In this document: positions 34,369 through 47,739 of the stretch, one piece after another
Position numbering within the stretch: the first letter of the stretch is position 1
How the letters are laid out: each line of letters begins with the position of its first letter
Assembly: GCA_036506475.1 (NCBI GenBank)
Contig: DASXRR010000450.1
Location: 913 to 64,912, forward strand
Direction of reading: 5' to 3'
Source: Chloroflexota bacterium
GTDB taxonomy: Bacteria; Chloroflexota; UBA6077; CF-72
Length of the DNA stretch: 64,000 nt
Notes under the pieces: model-generated
Seen by the model: the letters and a program-made list of their open reading frames with translations, nothing else
Database searches by the model: none
What the model was told of the DNA's origin: nothing
Made by a program: the position numbers and the translations under genes

Positions 34369-34385
34369 CCCTCTGAAAGAGAAAA
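34369..34385. repeat. 17-mer CCCTCTGAAAGAGAAAA, copy 2 (16 of 17 bases identical to 29994-30010)
   Basis: Read directly from the sequence. It lies in the SDR-glyA intergenic region. Its A-rich part is complementary to TTTCTCTTCC at 34486-34495. Confidence 0.6.
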
Positions 34386-34588
34386 ATCCATTTCCGCGCG
34401 CGGCGCGCGTGCAGTGACGGCGGCGTACCCACCTACCACCGAAGGCGAGACACTAGCTCCGACGGGCGACTGCCCCCGTGCGGGCTTTCTCTTCCGCCTT
34501 CTTGGCTTTCACGCGATGTTTTCGCCAGGCAACCTTTTTCCTTTTGTTCATAGGCAGGACATTCTAAAGAAGTACACTTGTAGCCCAC

Positions 34589-35860
34589 ATGATCACGGTG
34601 ACTCGCACCAACGGCGCCGTCCAAACTGGCGCCTCGCTGCGCAGTGTCGATCCCGAGGTCTGGGGCCTCATCCAGCGCGACCGGCGCCGCCATACCCGCA
34701 CGCTGAACTTCATCGCCAGCGAAAATTATGCCTCGCGCGCCGTCTTGGACTGCCTGTCGTCACACCTCAACGTGAAGTACGCCGAGGGCTATCCGAGAGC
34801 CCGCTACTACCAGGGCGTGGCCATCGTCGACGACATCGAGCAGCTGGCCATCGACCGCGCCAAGCAGCTCTTCAAGGCCGACCACGCCAACGTTCAGCCA
34901 TATTCGGGCAGCCCGGCCAATATGGCCGTGTACTTTGCCCTGCTCGAGCCCGGCGACACCGTCCTGGGCATGGAGCTCACCCAGGGCGGCCACCTGACCC
35001 ACGGTAGTCCGGTCAGCTTCTCGGGCAAGTACTACAAGTTCGTTCACTATGGCGTGGATCCGAAAACAGAAACGATCGACTACGATCGCGTCCAGGCCTT
35101 GGCCAGAGAGCACAAACCGAAGCTGATCGTGGCCGGCGCGTCGGCCTATCCGCGCATCATCGACTGGCAGCGCTTTCGCCAGATCGCCGACTCTGTCGGC
35201 GCAAAGTTCATGGCCGACATCGCGCACATTGCCGGCCTGATCGCCGCGGGTGTCCACCCCAGTCCAGTGCCCTACGCCGACGTGGTCACCACGACCACCC
35301 ACAAGAGCCTGCGCGGTCCACGCGGCGCGCTCATCCTGTCCACGGGTGCGCTCGCCAAAGACATCGATCGCACCGTCTTCCCGGGCATTCAAGGTGGCCC
35401 ACACCTGTCCGCCGTCGCCGCCAAAGCGGTGTGCTTCTACGAGGCCATGCAGCCCAGCTTCCGCACCTATCAGGAGCAGGTCGTGGCTAACGCGAAGTCG
35501 CTGGCCGACGGGCTCAAGCGCGGTGGCGTCCAACTGGTCTCGGACGGCACGGACAACCATCTGCTGGTCGTGAAGCTGTTGGAACGAGACTATTCGGGCA
35601 AAGCGCTGGCGAGAGCGCTCGAGCGCGCCGGGATCATCACCAGCATGTCCACCGTACCTGGTGAGACGCGTAAGCCAGCCGTGACCAGCGGTGTGCGCTT
35701 CGGAACGCCATCGGTCACCTCGCGTGGCGCGACCGAGCAGCACATGCAACGCGTTGCCCAGATCGTCAGCGCCATCGCCGAGAACCCCGCTGACGAGGCC
35801 GCCAACGAGCGGCTGCGCGGCGACGTCGAAGCCATCGCCCGCGAGCTCACCCCGGTCTAA
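34589..35860 (+). CDS. glyA: Serine hydroxymethyltransferase
   Basis: Contains 'LNFIASENYAS', 'KYAEGYP..RYY.G', 'NVQPYSGSPAN' and 'VVTTTTHKSLRGPRG' (PLP Lys). Confidence 0.95.
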   Translation: MITVTRTNGAVQTGASLRSVDPEVWGLIQRDRRRHTRTLNFIASENYASRAVLDCLSSHLNVKYAEGYPRARYYQGVAIVDDIEQLAIDRAKQLFKADHANVQPYSGSPANMAVYFALLEPGDTVLGMELTQGGHLTHGSPVSFSGKYYKFVHYGVDPKTETIDYDRVQALAREHKPKLIVAGASAYPRIIDWQRFRQIADSVGAKFMADIAHIAGLIAAGVHPSPVPYADVVTTTTHKSLRGPRGALILSTGALAKDIDRTVFPGIQGGPHLSAVAAKAVCFYEAMQPSFRTYQEQVVANAKSLADGLKRGGVQLVSDGTDNHLLVVKLLERDYSGKALARALERAGIITSMSTVPGETRKPAVTSGVRFGTPSVTSRGATEQHMQRVAQIVSAIAENPADEAANERLRGDVEAIARELTPV

Positions 35861-35864
35861 GACC

Positions 35865-37244
35865 ATGCGTCGGCTGCTTCCGCTTCTGCTCCTGGCGACG
35901 TGGGCAGTCGCGCTTGTCAGCAGCGCCTCCGCGCAATCGAGCACCGACGTCGCGGTCGGCGAAATCAAGGGCATCATCAACCCGGTGATGGCCGGCTATG
36001 TGGACCGGGTGATCTCCGATGCCGAGCGCTCGAATGCGCCTGCGGTGGTCTTTTACATGGACACACCTGGCGGGCTGTCCGACGCGATGCGCGACATCAA
36101 TCTGCGCATCCTGGCCTCGCACGTACCGGTCGTTATCTACGTGGCCCCGGACGGCGCACGAGCAGGCTCGGCGGGCGTGTACATCTCGTACGCCGCCCAT
36201 CTCGTCGGCATGGCCCCGGCAACGAACATCGGCTCCGCAACGCCGGTCGCGATGGACCAGAACGGCGGCGAGGCGCAGATGTCGCCGGAGATGAAGAACA
36301 AGGTTACCAACGATGCCGTGGCTGGGATCCGGGCGCTGGCCGAGCAGCGCGGGCGTGACCCTGACTTCGCCGAACGAGCGGTGCGCGAAGGCGCCAACCT
36401 GCAAGCCAGCGAGGCGCTCAAGGCACGCGTGATCAACTACGTCGCCTCGGATCTGAACGACCTGCTGCGCCAGATGGACGGCGCCCAGGTCCACCTGGCC
36501 AGTGGCGAGGTCACGCTGCACACCGCCGGCCTACCGACGCGTCGCGTTGACATGTCCGCACTCGAGTCGTTCCTGCTCACGATCACCAATCCCACGATTG
36601 CCTACATCTTGTTGAGCATGGGCAGCCTGGGGCTGCTGCTCGAGCTGTACAACCCCGGGTCGATCTTTCCGGGCGTGATCGGCGGGATCTGTCTGCTGCT
36701 CGCGTTTTATGCCCTGGGCACGCTCCCGCTGAACTTCGCTGGGCTAGCGTTGATCGCCTTTGGCTTGCTTTTGTTTGGCTTGGAACCGTTCCTGACCTCG
36801 CACGGTGTGCTCGCCGCGGGCGGAGCCGCGTCCTTCGTGATCGGCTCGCTGCTGCTGATCAATGCGCCCGATGCGCCATTCCTGCAGGTCTCGGTCGTTG
36901 CCATCGCCGCGGTTACCGGTGTGTTGGTGATCTTCTTCCTGATCATCGTGACCGCGGTGATTCGCTCGCGGCGCCGCCGCGTGGTGACCGGCCGCGAGGG
37001 CCTGGTTGGCGCCCCGGGCGTCGTTCGACGCGATCTCGAGCCTGGCCAGCTGGGCATCGTCTTGACCCAAGGCGAGCTCTGGCAGGCCGTCGCCGTCGAG
37101 GGCCGCATCGGCGCGGGCGAAAAAGTGATCGTCCAGACCCTCGACGGCCTGACCCTCACCGTCCGCCGCGCCAGCGACTTGATCCCCGCCCCACCGCGGC
37201 CACCCAGCCCAGCCGTCGCCAAGTCCGAAACCGCGAGGGTCTAG
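35865..37244 (+). CDS. nfeD: NfeD-family membrane-bound ClpP-class serine protease (long form with C-terminal OB domain)
   Basis: A signal peptide is followed by 'INPVMAGYVDRVI', 'DTPGGL' and 'APDGARAGSAGVYI', then four or five TM helices, then 'GELWQAVA....GEKVIV'. Confidence 0.8.
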   Translation: MRRLLPLLLLATWAVALVSSASAQSSTDVAVGEIKGIINPVMAGYVDRVISDAERSNAPAVVFYMDTPGGLSDAMRDINLRILASHVPVVIYVAPDGARAGSAGVYISYAAHLVGMAPATNIGSATPVAMDQNGGEAQMSPEMKNKVTNDAVAGIRALAEQRGRDPDFAERAVREGANLQASEALKARVINYVASDLNDLLRQMDGAQVHLASGEVTLHTAGLPTRRVDMSALESFLLTITNPTIAYILLSMGSLGLLLELYNPGSIFPGVIGGICLLLAFYALGTLPLNFAGLALIAFGLLLFGLEPFLTSHGVLAAGGAASFVIGSLLLINAPDAPFLQVSVVAIAAVTGVLVIFFLIIVTAVIRSRRRRVVTGREGLVGAPGVVRRDLEPGQLGIVLTQGELWQAVAVEGRIGAGEKVIVQTLDGLTLTVRRASDLIPAPPRPPSPAVAKSETARV

Positions 37245-38594
<1,350 letters not shown>

Positions 38595-38597
38595 CGT

Positions 38598-38625
38598 GCT
38601 GATAGCTGATTGCTGAGAGCTGAAG
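38598..38625 (+). repeat. Heptanucleotide tandem array GCTGAnn x4 (GCTGATA GCTGATT GCTGAGA GCTGAAG) in the eno-gap spacer
   Basis: Read directly from the sequence. The GCTGA core is the reverse complement of the TCAGC core of the array at 38550-38577, so the two arrays form an interrupted inverted repeat. Confidence 0.9.
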
Positions 38626-38642
38626 GCCGAAAGGAGCCGTCA

Positions 38643-39752
38643 ATGGCAGTCCGCGTAGGGATCAATGGCTTCGGCCGCATCGGTCGGCAGGTGCTCAAGG
38701 CGTTGCTGGAGCGACATCCCGACGATGTCGAGGTGGTCGGCATCAACGATCTGTTCGACACCGCGACCAACGCCCATCTCTTCAAATACGACAGCAACTA
38801 TGGCGTCTATCCGGGTGACGTCGAGGCCAAACAGACCTCGTTTGTCGTCAACGGCCGCGAGATTCAGGTCAGCGCGGAGCGCGATCCCGCGGCAATCCCG
38901 TGGAAGAAGCTCGGTGCTCAGATCGTCATCGAGTCGACCGGTCTGTTCACTGACGCCGTGAAAGCTAAAGCCCATATCGACGCTGGCGCGCAGAAAGTAA
39001 TCATCTCTGCGCCCGCCAAGAACGAGGACATCACGATCGTCCTGGGCGTCAATCAAGACCGCTACGACACGAACAAGCACCACATCATTTCCAACGCCTC
39101 GTGCACGACGAATGGCCTGGCGCCCGTGGCCAAAGTGTTGTTCGACCGTTTCGGACTGCAAAAGGGTCTACTGACCACGATTCACGCCTACACGAACTCG
39201 CAGCGCCTGCTGGACGTCGCGGCCAAGGATCTGCGCGATGCCCGCGCCGCCGCCCTGAATATCGTGCCCGCGGAGACTGGCGCCGCACGCGCGACCGGCC
39301 TGGTCATCCCGGAGCTGCAGGGACGCTTTGGCGGCATGTCGTTCCGCGTGCCGGTCAGCACCGTGTCCGTGGTCGACTTCACCGCGTTGCTGGACCGCGA
39401 CGTCACCAAGGACGAGATCAACGCGGCCATGAAGGAGCACAGCAAGGACGCCATGCTGGGCATCCTGGGCTATACCGAGGAGCCGCTAGTGTCGTCCGAC
39501 CTCAAGGGCGATACCCGCTCGTCGATCTATAGCGGCCTGGACACACTCGTCGTGGGCAACCTGGCCAAGTGCATCAGCTGGTATGACAACGAGTTCGGCT
39601 ACGCCTGTCGACTGTCCGACATCACCGCGTTCGTCGCGCGGCAGCTCGGCGGCCGCGCCTCGGCCAATGGCTCGATCCTGCGCGAAATCATTGGCGACCC
39701 AGGCATGTGGGGCAAAAACCCACGCCTGCAGACCGCGACCCCCAACAGGTAA
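38643..39752 (+). CDS. gap: Type I glyceraldehyde-3-phosphate dehydrogenase (with an unusual ~35-aa C-terminal extension)
   Basis: AAGGAG lies upstream of ATG 38643. Contains 'VGINGFGRIGR', 'SNASCTTNGLAP' and 'WYDNEFGY'. The frame continues past the usual end ('...FVARQL') for about 35 more codons. Confidence 0.95.
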   Translation: MAVRVGINGFGRIGRQVLKALLERHPDDVEVVGINDLFDTATNAHLFKYDSNYGVYPGDVEAKQTSFVVNGREIQVSAERDPAAIPWKKLGAQIVIESTGLFTDAVKAKAHIDAGAQKVIISAPAKNEDITIVLGVNQDRYDTNKHHIISNASCTTNGLAPVAKVLFDRFGLQKGLLTTIHAYTNSQRLLDVAAKDLRDARAAALNIVPAETGAARATGLVIPELQGRFGGMSFRVPVSTVSVVDFTALLDRDVTKDEINAAMKEHSKDAMLGILGYTEEPLVSSDLKGDTRSSIYSGLDTLVVGNLAKCISWYDNEFGYACRLSDITAFVARQLGGRASANGSILREIIGDPGMWGKNPRLQTATPNR

Positions 39753-39754
39753 GA

Positions 39755-40915
39755 GTGGGCAGACTCTGCACCATTCGCGACGTGGACGTGGACCACAAAA
39801 CGGTCCGCGTCCGCGTCGACTTCAATGTCCCGATGCACGACGGGGCGGTGGCCGACGATACGCGTATGCGCGCCGCCCTGCCCACCATCACGTACCTGCG
39901 CGAACACCAGGCGCGCGTTGTGCTTCTGTCGCACCTGGGCCGGCCGGACGGCAAGCCCAACCCGAAGTACTCGCTGCGGCCCGTCGCACATCGCCTGTCC
40001 GAACTTCTTGGTGAACCCGTCGGCTTTGCGGAGGACTGCATCGGCCCCGCTGCGCACTCCGCCAGCGGCGACGTGGTCCTCCTGGAAAATGTGCGCTTCC
40101 ATGCCGAGGAAGAAGAGAACGACCCCGCTTTTGCCCAACAATTGGCCGAGCCAGGCGAGCTTTTCGTCAACGACGCGTTCGGCACTGCTCATCGGGCACA
40201 TGCCTCGACCGAAGGTATCGCCCATCTGCTGCCGGCCGTGGCCGGGCTGCTCATGGAGAAGGAGATCACCTTCCTCGGCACGGCGCTAGAAGACCCCAAG
40301 CGACCGTTTGTCGCTATCGTTGGCGGAGCCAAGGTGTCATCCAAGCTCGGTGTGCTGAACAACCTGATCGAGCGCGTCGACCGACTGCTGATCGGCGGTG
40401 GTATGGCCAATACGTTCCTGCGCGCCCAGGGCCGCGAGGTCGGCAAGAGTCTGCTCGAAGCTGACCTCGTGCCGACCGCCGCCGACCTCCTGCAACGCGG
40501 CACCAAAATCATGCTGCCTGCAGACGTCGTGGTCACGACCGATCTCAATGGCTCAGCGCCGCCGCGCACGACAACTGTCGACATCGTCCAGCCCGATGAA
40601 ATGATCGTCGACATCGGCCCCCAGGCCATCGAGGCCTTCAGAGCTGACATCAAAGGCGCCGCAACGGTGCTGTGGAACGGCCCCATGGGCGTCTTCGAAG
40701 ATCCCCGCTTCGCCGCCGGCACGCTGGCCATTGCCCACGCCATGGCCGAATCCAAGGCGACGACGATCGTTGGCGGCGGCGAATCAGTGCAGGCCGTGGA
40801 ACAAGCGGGCGTGCCCGACCAGCTCAGCCACGTCTCCACCGGTGGTGGCGCGTCACTCGAGTTCATCGAAGGCAAGGTGCTGCCCGGCGTCGCCGCGCTG
40901 CGCCACGACTGCTAA
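39755..40915 (+). CDS. pgk: Phosphoglycerate kinase
   Basis: The GTG lies directly after the gap stop. Contains 'RVDFNVP', 'LLSHLGRP', 'LLENVRFH.EE', 'FVNDAFGTAHRAH' and 'STGGGASLEF'. Confidence 0.95.
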   Translation: MGRLCTIRDVDVDHKTVRVRVDFNVPMHDGAVADDTRMRAALPTITYLREHQARVVLLSHLGRPDGKPNPKYSLRPVAHRLSELLGEPVGFAEDCIGPAAHSASGDVVLLENVRFHAEEEENDPAFAQQLAEPGELFVNDAFGTAHRAHASTEGIAHLLPAVAGLLMEKEITFLGTALEDPKRPFVAIVGGAKVSSKLGVLNNLIERVDRLLIGGGMANTFLRAQGREVGKSLLEADLVPTAADLLQRGTKIMLPADVVVTTDLNGSAPPRTTTVDIVQPDEMIVDIGPQAIEAFRADIKGAATVLWNGPMGVFEDPRFAAGTLAIAHAMAESKATTIVGGGESVQAVEQAGVPDQLSHVSTGGGASLEFIEGKVLPGVAALRHDC

Positions 40916-41676
40916 TGCCGACGCGACGACCGATCGTGGCTGGCAATTGGAAAATGAACACCACCATCGCCGAAGGCCTGGCGCTGGTCGACGAGATGCT
41001 GCCGCGCCTGTCGAGCCTGAGCAGCGTCGAACGCGTGGTGTGCCCACCGTTCGTCTCGCTCGCGGCCATTGCCGACCGTCTGCACGGCACGGAGGTCGGC
41101 GTCGGTGCCCAGAACGTCCATCCCGAGGCCAAGGGTGCCTTTACCGGCGAGATCGCGCCGGGCATGCTCGAAGGCCTGGTGAGCTATGTCATCGTCGGCC
41201 ATTCCGAACGGCGCCAGTACTTCGGCGAGGACGACGCGTTCGTCAACAAGAAGATCCTCGCTGCGCTAAGCGTCGGCCTGGCGCCTATCGTGTGCATCGG
41301 CGAAACGCTGGCCCAGAACGAGGCGGGCGAAACGGAAGCCGTCGTGACTCGCCAGCTGCGCGGTGCTCTGGACGGCGTGGAGCATGTTTCGGGCATCGTC
41401 GTCGCCTACGAACCGATCTGGGCCATCGGCACCGGCCGCGCCGCGACGCCCGAGGGCGCGAGCGCTACGATCGCCGTCATTCGACGCACGATCGCCGACG
41501 TGGCTGGCCAGGCGACGGGTGACGGGGTGCGCATCCAGTACGGCGGTAGCGTGACGCCAGACAACTTCGGCGCCTTCATTGCCCAACCCGAGATCGACGG
41601 CGCGCTGGTCGGCGGCGCGTGTCTCAAGGCGGACTCGTTCGTCGAAATCGTGCGCCTCGCCGCCCAGCAAGCCTGA
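40915..41676 (+). CDS. tpiA: Triose-phosphate isomerase
   Basis: TAATG overlap with pgk. Contains 'VAGNWKMN', 'VIVGHSERR', 'CIGE' and 'AYEPIWAIGTG'. Confidence 0.95.
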   Translation: MPTRRPIVAGNWKMNTTIAEGLALVDEMLPRLSSLSSVERVVCPPFVSLAAIADRLHGTEVGVGAQNVHPEAKGAFTGEIAPGMLEGLVSYVIVGHSERRQYFGEDDAFVNKKILAALSVGLAPIVCIGETLAQNEAGETEAVVTRQLRGALDGVEHVSGIVVAYEPIWAIGTGRAATPEGASATIAVIRRTIADVAGQATGDGVRIQYGGSVTPDNFGAFIAQPEIDGALVGGACLKADSFVEIVRLAAQQA

Positions 41677-42588
41677 GTGTCGGTCGAGGAAGGCTGGCAG
41701 CGCGGCTTCGCGATCGTCCCGCTTTCCCCGCCTGAGGCGTCCGCCCTCATCGGCCGACGCGTGTCCAAGATCAGCCTGCTGTCTGGCGGCTTGCGCAATA
41801 CGAACTACCGCATCGAGCTGGCCGCTGGCCCGGCCGTGCTGCGCATCTATGCCGCCGACCGCGCAGCCTGCCAGCGCGAGTGCGACGTCCTGGACCTCGT
41901 CGGCGAGCACGTGCCCGTCCCGCGCGTGCTGGACGCCCAGCCCGCGGCCGACCCACCCTGGGCCGTGCACGAATTCATCGACGGCCAACGCTTCGACCGC
42001 ATCAACCCAGCCGATATCGGCCCAGCTGCCTTCGACGCCGGCCAGGTCCTGGCCAGAATGCACGCCATACCCATCTCCAGTGCGGCGCAGCCCGACCTCT
42101 ATCGCTACAGCGGCGGTGGCTACGGCTTCGTCGAGTTCGTCGGCAACGCCCTGCGCGGCCGCGCGGGACAGCGCCTCGGCCAGCCCCTGTCCGAGCGCCT
42201 CATGGCCATCGCGCACAAGCATGCGCCTCGTCTGCAGACGCTGGACACTACGCTCCAGCACTCGGACTACAAACCCTGGAATCTGCTGGTCCACGTTCAG
42301 CAGATCGTCGCCGTGCTCGATTGGGAATTTGCCTTCGCCGGGTGGCGTTTGAATGATCTGGCGAACTTCCTGCGCTACTGCGAGCGCCAGCCGCCCGAGT
42401 ACAAGACCCGATTCGTCGATGGCTACCTCACAGGCGGCGGACAGCTGCCCGAGGATTGGTTTCGGCTGGCCCGCCTGATCGACCTGATGGGCTTCTGCGA
42501 CTTCCTGAGTCGGCCGGCGGACGACCCGGCCATCAGGCGCGACATCACCCCACTCGTCGAGCGCACCATCGATTTATTCAGCACTTGA
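41677..42588 (+). CDS. Aminoglycoside/choline-kinase-like phosphotransferase (APH family)
   Basis: Contains 'HSDYKPWNLLV' (catalytic loop) and 'VLDWEFAFAG....DLANF'. The start abuts the tpiA stop. Confidence 0.7.
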   Translation: MSVEEGWQRGFAIVPLSPPEASALIGRRVSKISLLSGGLRNTNYRIELAAGPAVLRIYAADRAACQRECDVLDLVGEHVPVPRVLDAQPAADPPWAVHEFIDGQRFDRINPADIGPAAFDAGQVLARMHAIPISSAAQPDLYRYSGGGYGFVEFVGNALRGRAGQRLGQPLSERLMAIAHKHAPRLQTLDTTLQHSDYKPWNLLVHVQQIVAVLDWEFAFAGWRLNDLANFLRYCERQPPEYKTRFVDGYLTGGGQLPEDWFRLARLIDLMGFCDFLSRPADDPAIRRDITPLVERTIDLFST

Positions 42589-42616
42589 TCCGCGTCGATC
42601 CCGGATACTGCGCCAC

Positions 42617-43693
42617 GTGATGACCGACCGCGACTACTGGATCGCGCTGAATATGGCTGCCGGCATTGGGCCGGTTCGCTTTCAACGCCTCCTGCAGGTG
42701 TGCGGCGGTGCGCGCGAGGCCTGGCACGCCGCCGACTTCGACCTCGCTCGAGCCGGCCTCGAGCGCCGCACGGCCGACTCGTTGAACGCGCTGCGGCGGA
42801 CCACCACGCCCGAAGTCATTTGCGCCCAACTCCAATCGCAAAACATCCAGGCCCTGACCCTGCTTGACGCGGCGTATCCAGCCAACCTTCGGCAGATAGC
42901 CGACCCACCACCGGTCCTGTTCGTCCGTGGCACGCTCTGCCCAACGGACGATCGGGCGGTCGCCGTCGTCGGGACACGTCGCGCCACGTCATACGGGCAC
43001 ACCGTGACCCACAGGCTGGCTACGGATCTCGCCGCGGCCGGCGTGACGGTCGTCAGTGGACTGGCCAAGGGCATCGACACTGTCGCCCACCGGGCCACGA
43101 TCGACGCCGGCGGGCGCACGCTAGCCGTTCTTGGCAATGGTTTGGATCAGGTCTACCCGCCCGAAAACGCGCTGCTCGCCGAACGCGTCAGCAGCGCCGG
43201 CGCGCTGGTCTCCGAATTTCCACCTGGGACGCCACCCGACGCAGTCAACTTCCCGCGCCGCAACCGCATCATCTCTGGCCTGTCGCGGGCGACGGTCATT
43301 GTCGAAGCGCCGGCGCACAGTGGCGCACTGATCACTGCCGACTTTGCGCTCGAGCAGGGCCGCGACGTGCTGGTCGTGCCAGGCTCCATTCTGACGCCGA
43401 TGAGCGTTGGCCCGAACGACCTGCTCAAGCAAGGCGCGATCCCGGTGACCGGCGTGGCCGACATACTCAACACGCTCGGCGAGGCCGGCAGGGACAGCGT
43501 GGCACGCGGCGTGCCGCAACTGGCCGACCAGGAGAGCTCGGTTTGGGAGGCACTCGGACGTGATCCCCGCCACGTCGACGAGCTGGCGCGCTCACTGGGT
43601 GAGCGCGCAGGCGAAATCTCCGCGATTTTGGCCATGTTGGAGTTGAAGGGATTGGCCCGCCACGTTGGTTCCATGCTGTATACCCGAGCCTAG
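42617..43693 (+). CDS. dprA: DNA-processing protein DprA (Smf)
   Basis: Contains 'GIGPVRFQRLL', 'AVVGTRRATSYG', 'VVSGLAKGIDTVAH', 'AVLGNGLD.VYP.EN' and 'FP.RNRIISGLS'. Confidence 0.9.
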   Translation: MMTDRDYWIALNMAAGIGPVRFQRLLQVCGGAREAWHAADFDLARAGLERRTADSLNALRRTTTPEVICAQLQSQNIQALTLLDAAYPANLRQIADPPPVLFVRGTLCPTDDRAVAVVGTRRATSYGHTVTHRLATDLAAAGVTVVSGLAKGIDTVAHRATIDAGGRTLAVLGNGLDQVYPPENALLAERVSSAGALVSEFPPGTPPDAVNFPRRNRIISGLSRATVIVEAPAHSGALITADFALEQGRDVLVVPGSILTPMSVGPNDLLKQGAIPVTGVADILNTLGEAGRDSVARGVPQLADQESSVWEALGRDPRHVDELARSLGERAGEISAILAMLELKGLARHVGSMLYTRA

Positions 43694-43786
43694 AGGGGCG
43701 GCCGAAAAGCCTTCCATCAAACCTAATCCCCGTCGCGCAATCCGTTAGACTTGCGCCGCCCAACGCGAGGAGCACCAACAGTCACT

Positions 43787-46071
<2,285 letters not shown>

Positions 46072-46075
<4 letters not shown>

Positions 46076-47166
46076 CCCGCCTCGACCGCCTGCGCGCGTC
46101 CTTTGATGCCGCTGGCCTTGACGCTCTGCTGGTCTCCCAACCCGAATCGCGCTACTACCTCAGCGGCTACACCGGCCACGACCTCCCTCCGCGCGACTCG
46201 GCCGGCTTTCTTCTCATTACGCCAGACAAAGCATTCCTTCTGACGGACCCACGTACGACCGAGCAGGCCCAGCACGAAGCCAGGGCCTTCGAGATAGTCA
46301 CCTACCCTGCCGGATCACGGGCGCCGCAAGCCATCGCCGAGACCGCCAATACGCTCGGCCTCGAGAAACTGGGTTTCGAATCCATCCATCTGCCTTATGG
46401 TCTGTGGTCCGATATCCGCGCTGGCCTCAGCTCGACCGACCTGCTGCCCGTCGACGGCATGGTCGATCAGCTGCGCATCGTCAAAGACGCCGATGAGCTA
46501 ACCCACCTCCAGGCCGCGGTGGATGTCCTCGATCGCTGCCTGGCCCACATCTTGAGTGGCCTGGAGCCAGGCGTGACGGAGCGCCAGGTCGCCCGCCGGG
46601 TCGAGCTGTACCTACTCGAACACGCCGATGGCACGTCATTCCCGTCGATCGTCGCCAGCGGCCCCAACGCGAGCATCCCCCACGCCGTGCCGTCCGATCG
46701 GAAAATCCAGGCCGGCGAAGTCATCAAGATCGATATTGGCGCCCGCGTCGGCTTCTACTGCTCGGACATGACGCGCACGGTCTGCCTCGGCCAGCCAAAG
46801 GATCAGAAGCTCGTCGAGCTGCACGCGCTCGTCCTGGAAGCGCAGGAGCATGCGGAGCGGTGTCTGCGCCCGGGCATGACCGGCCGCGAAGGCGATGCTC
46901 TCTCGCGCGACGTGATCAGCCGCGCGGGCTACGGTGAGGCTTTCACGCACAGCCTGGGCCATGGCATCGGCCTCGAGGTCCACGAGCCGCCCTGGCTGTC
47001 GCAGCTGCGTGGCGATGAGCCCCTTCAACCTGGCATGGTGTTCTCGGTGGAACCTGGCGTGTATCTGCCCGGCTGGGGCGGCGTGCGCATCGAGGACCTG
47101 GTGGTCCTCGAGGACAGCGGAGCACACGTGCTGTGCCATTCCCCGAAGACGTTGATTCTGAACTGA
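46072..47166 (+). CDS. M24-family Xaa-Pro aminopeptidase
   Basis: GTGA overlap with topA. Contains '[15 protein letters not shown]', 'DIGA...GYCSDMTRT', '[14 protein letters not shown]' and 'SVEPG.Y..G.GGVRIED'. Confidence 0.85.
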
Positions 47167-47181
47167 GGAGACAAGTAGCGC

Positions 47182-47739
47182 GTGATTTCGACCAGCGATC
47201 TCAAGCGCGGGGCGATGATGGAGCTCGACGGCCAGATCGTGCAGATCCTGTCATACGAGCATCAGAAGATTGGGCGGGGGAGTGCCCAGGTGCGCTTGAA
47301 GGTGAAAAACATCCGCAGTGGAGCCATCTTCGACACCACCGCGCAGGCCGGCTCGAAGTGGCCGCGGATCCGACTCGACCAGCGTGACGTCCAGTACCTG
47401 TACTCGGACGGCGACCTCCATTTCTTCATGGACAAGGACACTTACGAGCAGTTCCCACTTTCGCCAGCTCAACTGGGCGAGGCCGTCAACTATTTGAAGG
47501 ACGGCATGGAGATGGAAGTGCTGATGTACGAAAGCGAGCCGGTCGGCGTGGACATGCCGCTGAATGTCGTGCTCGAGGTCACGCAGACGGACCCTGGGTT
47601 CAAAGGTGACACCGCAACGGGTGGCACCAAGCCAGCCCAGCTCGAGACCGGTTTGACGATCAACGTGCCGCTGTTCGTCAACACCGGCGACAAGATTCGC
47701 GTCGACACGCGCGACGGGTCATACATCGAGCGGGTGTGA
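47182..47739 (+). CDS. efp: Elongation factor P
   Basis: Contains 'ISTSDLKRG', '[18 protein letters not shown]', 'PVGV..P' and 'TDPG.KGDTA.GG.KPA.LETG'. Confidence 0.95.
   Translation: MISTSDLKRGAMMELDGQIVQILSYEHQKIGRGSAQVRLKVKNIRSGAIFDTTAQAGSKWPRIRLDQRDVQYLYSDGDLHFFMDKDTYEQFPLSPAQLGEAVNYLKDGMEMEVLMYESEPVGVDMPLNVVLEVTQTDPGFKGDTATGGTKPAQLETGLTINVPLFVNTGDKIRVDTRDGSYIERV

Noticed and set aside
34405-34500. Partial resemblance of the glyA leader to the ZTP (pfl) riboswitch: 'GUGAC.GGCG', 'ACCACCG', and 'CCGACGGGCGA' or 'CCGCCUUCUUGGC' against the 3' 'CCGCCUGGGCA'.
   Set aside because: The expected P2 hairpin (GGUGG...CCACC) is absent; the region has two direct CCACC copies instead. The 3' pseudoknot element matches only loosely. 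This is not enough to call it, and it should be settled by an Infernal search rather than by eye.
35865-37244. Looked for the SPFH/stomatin partner gene that usually follows nfeD.
   Set aside because: None is present, since eno follows directly. Long-form NfeD genes are not always paired, so I did not consider this remarkable.
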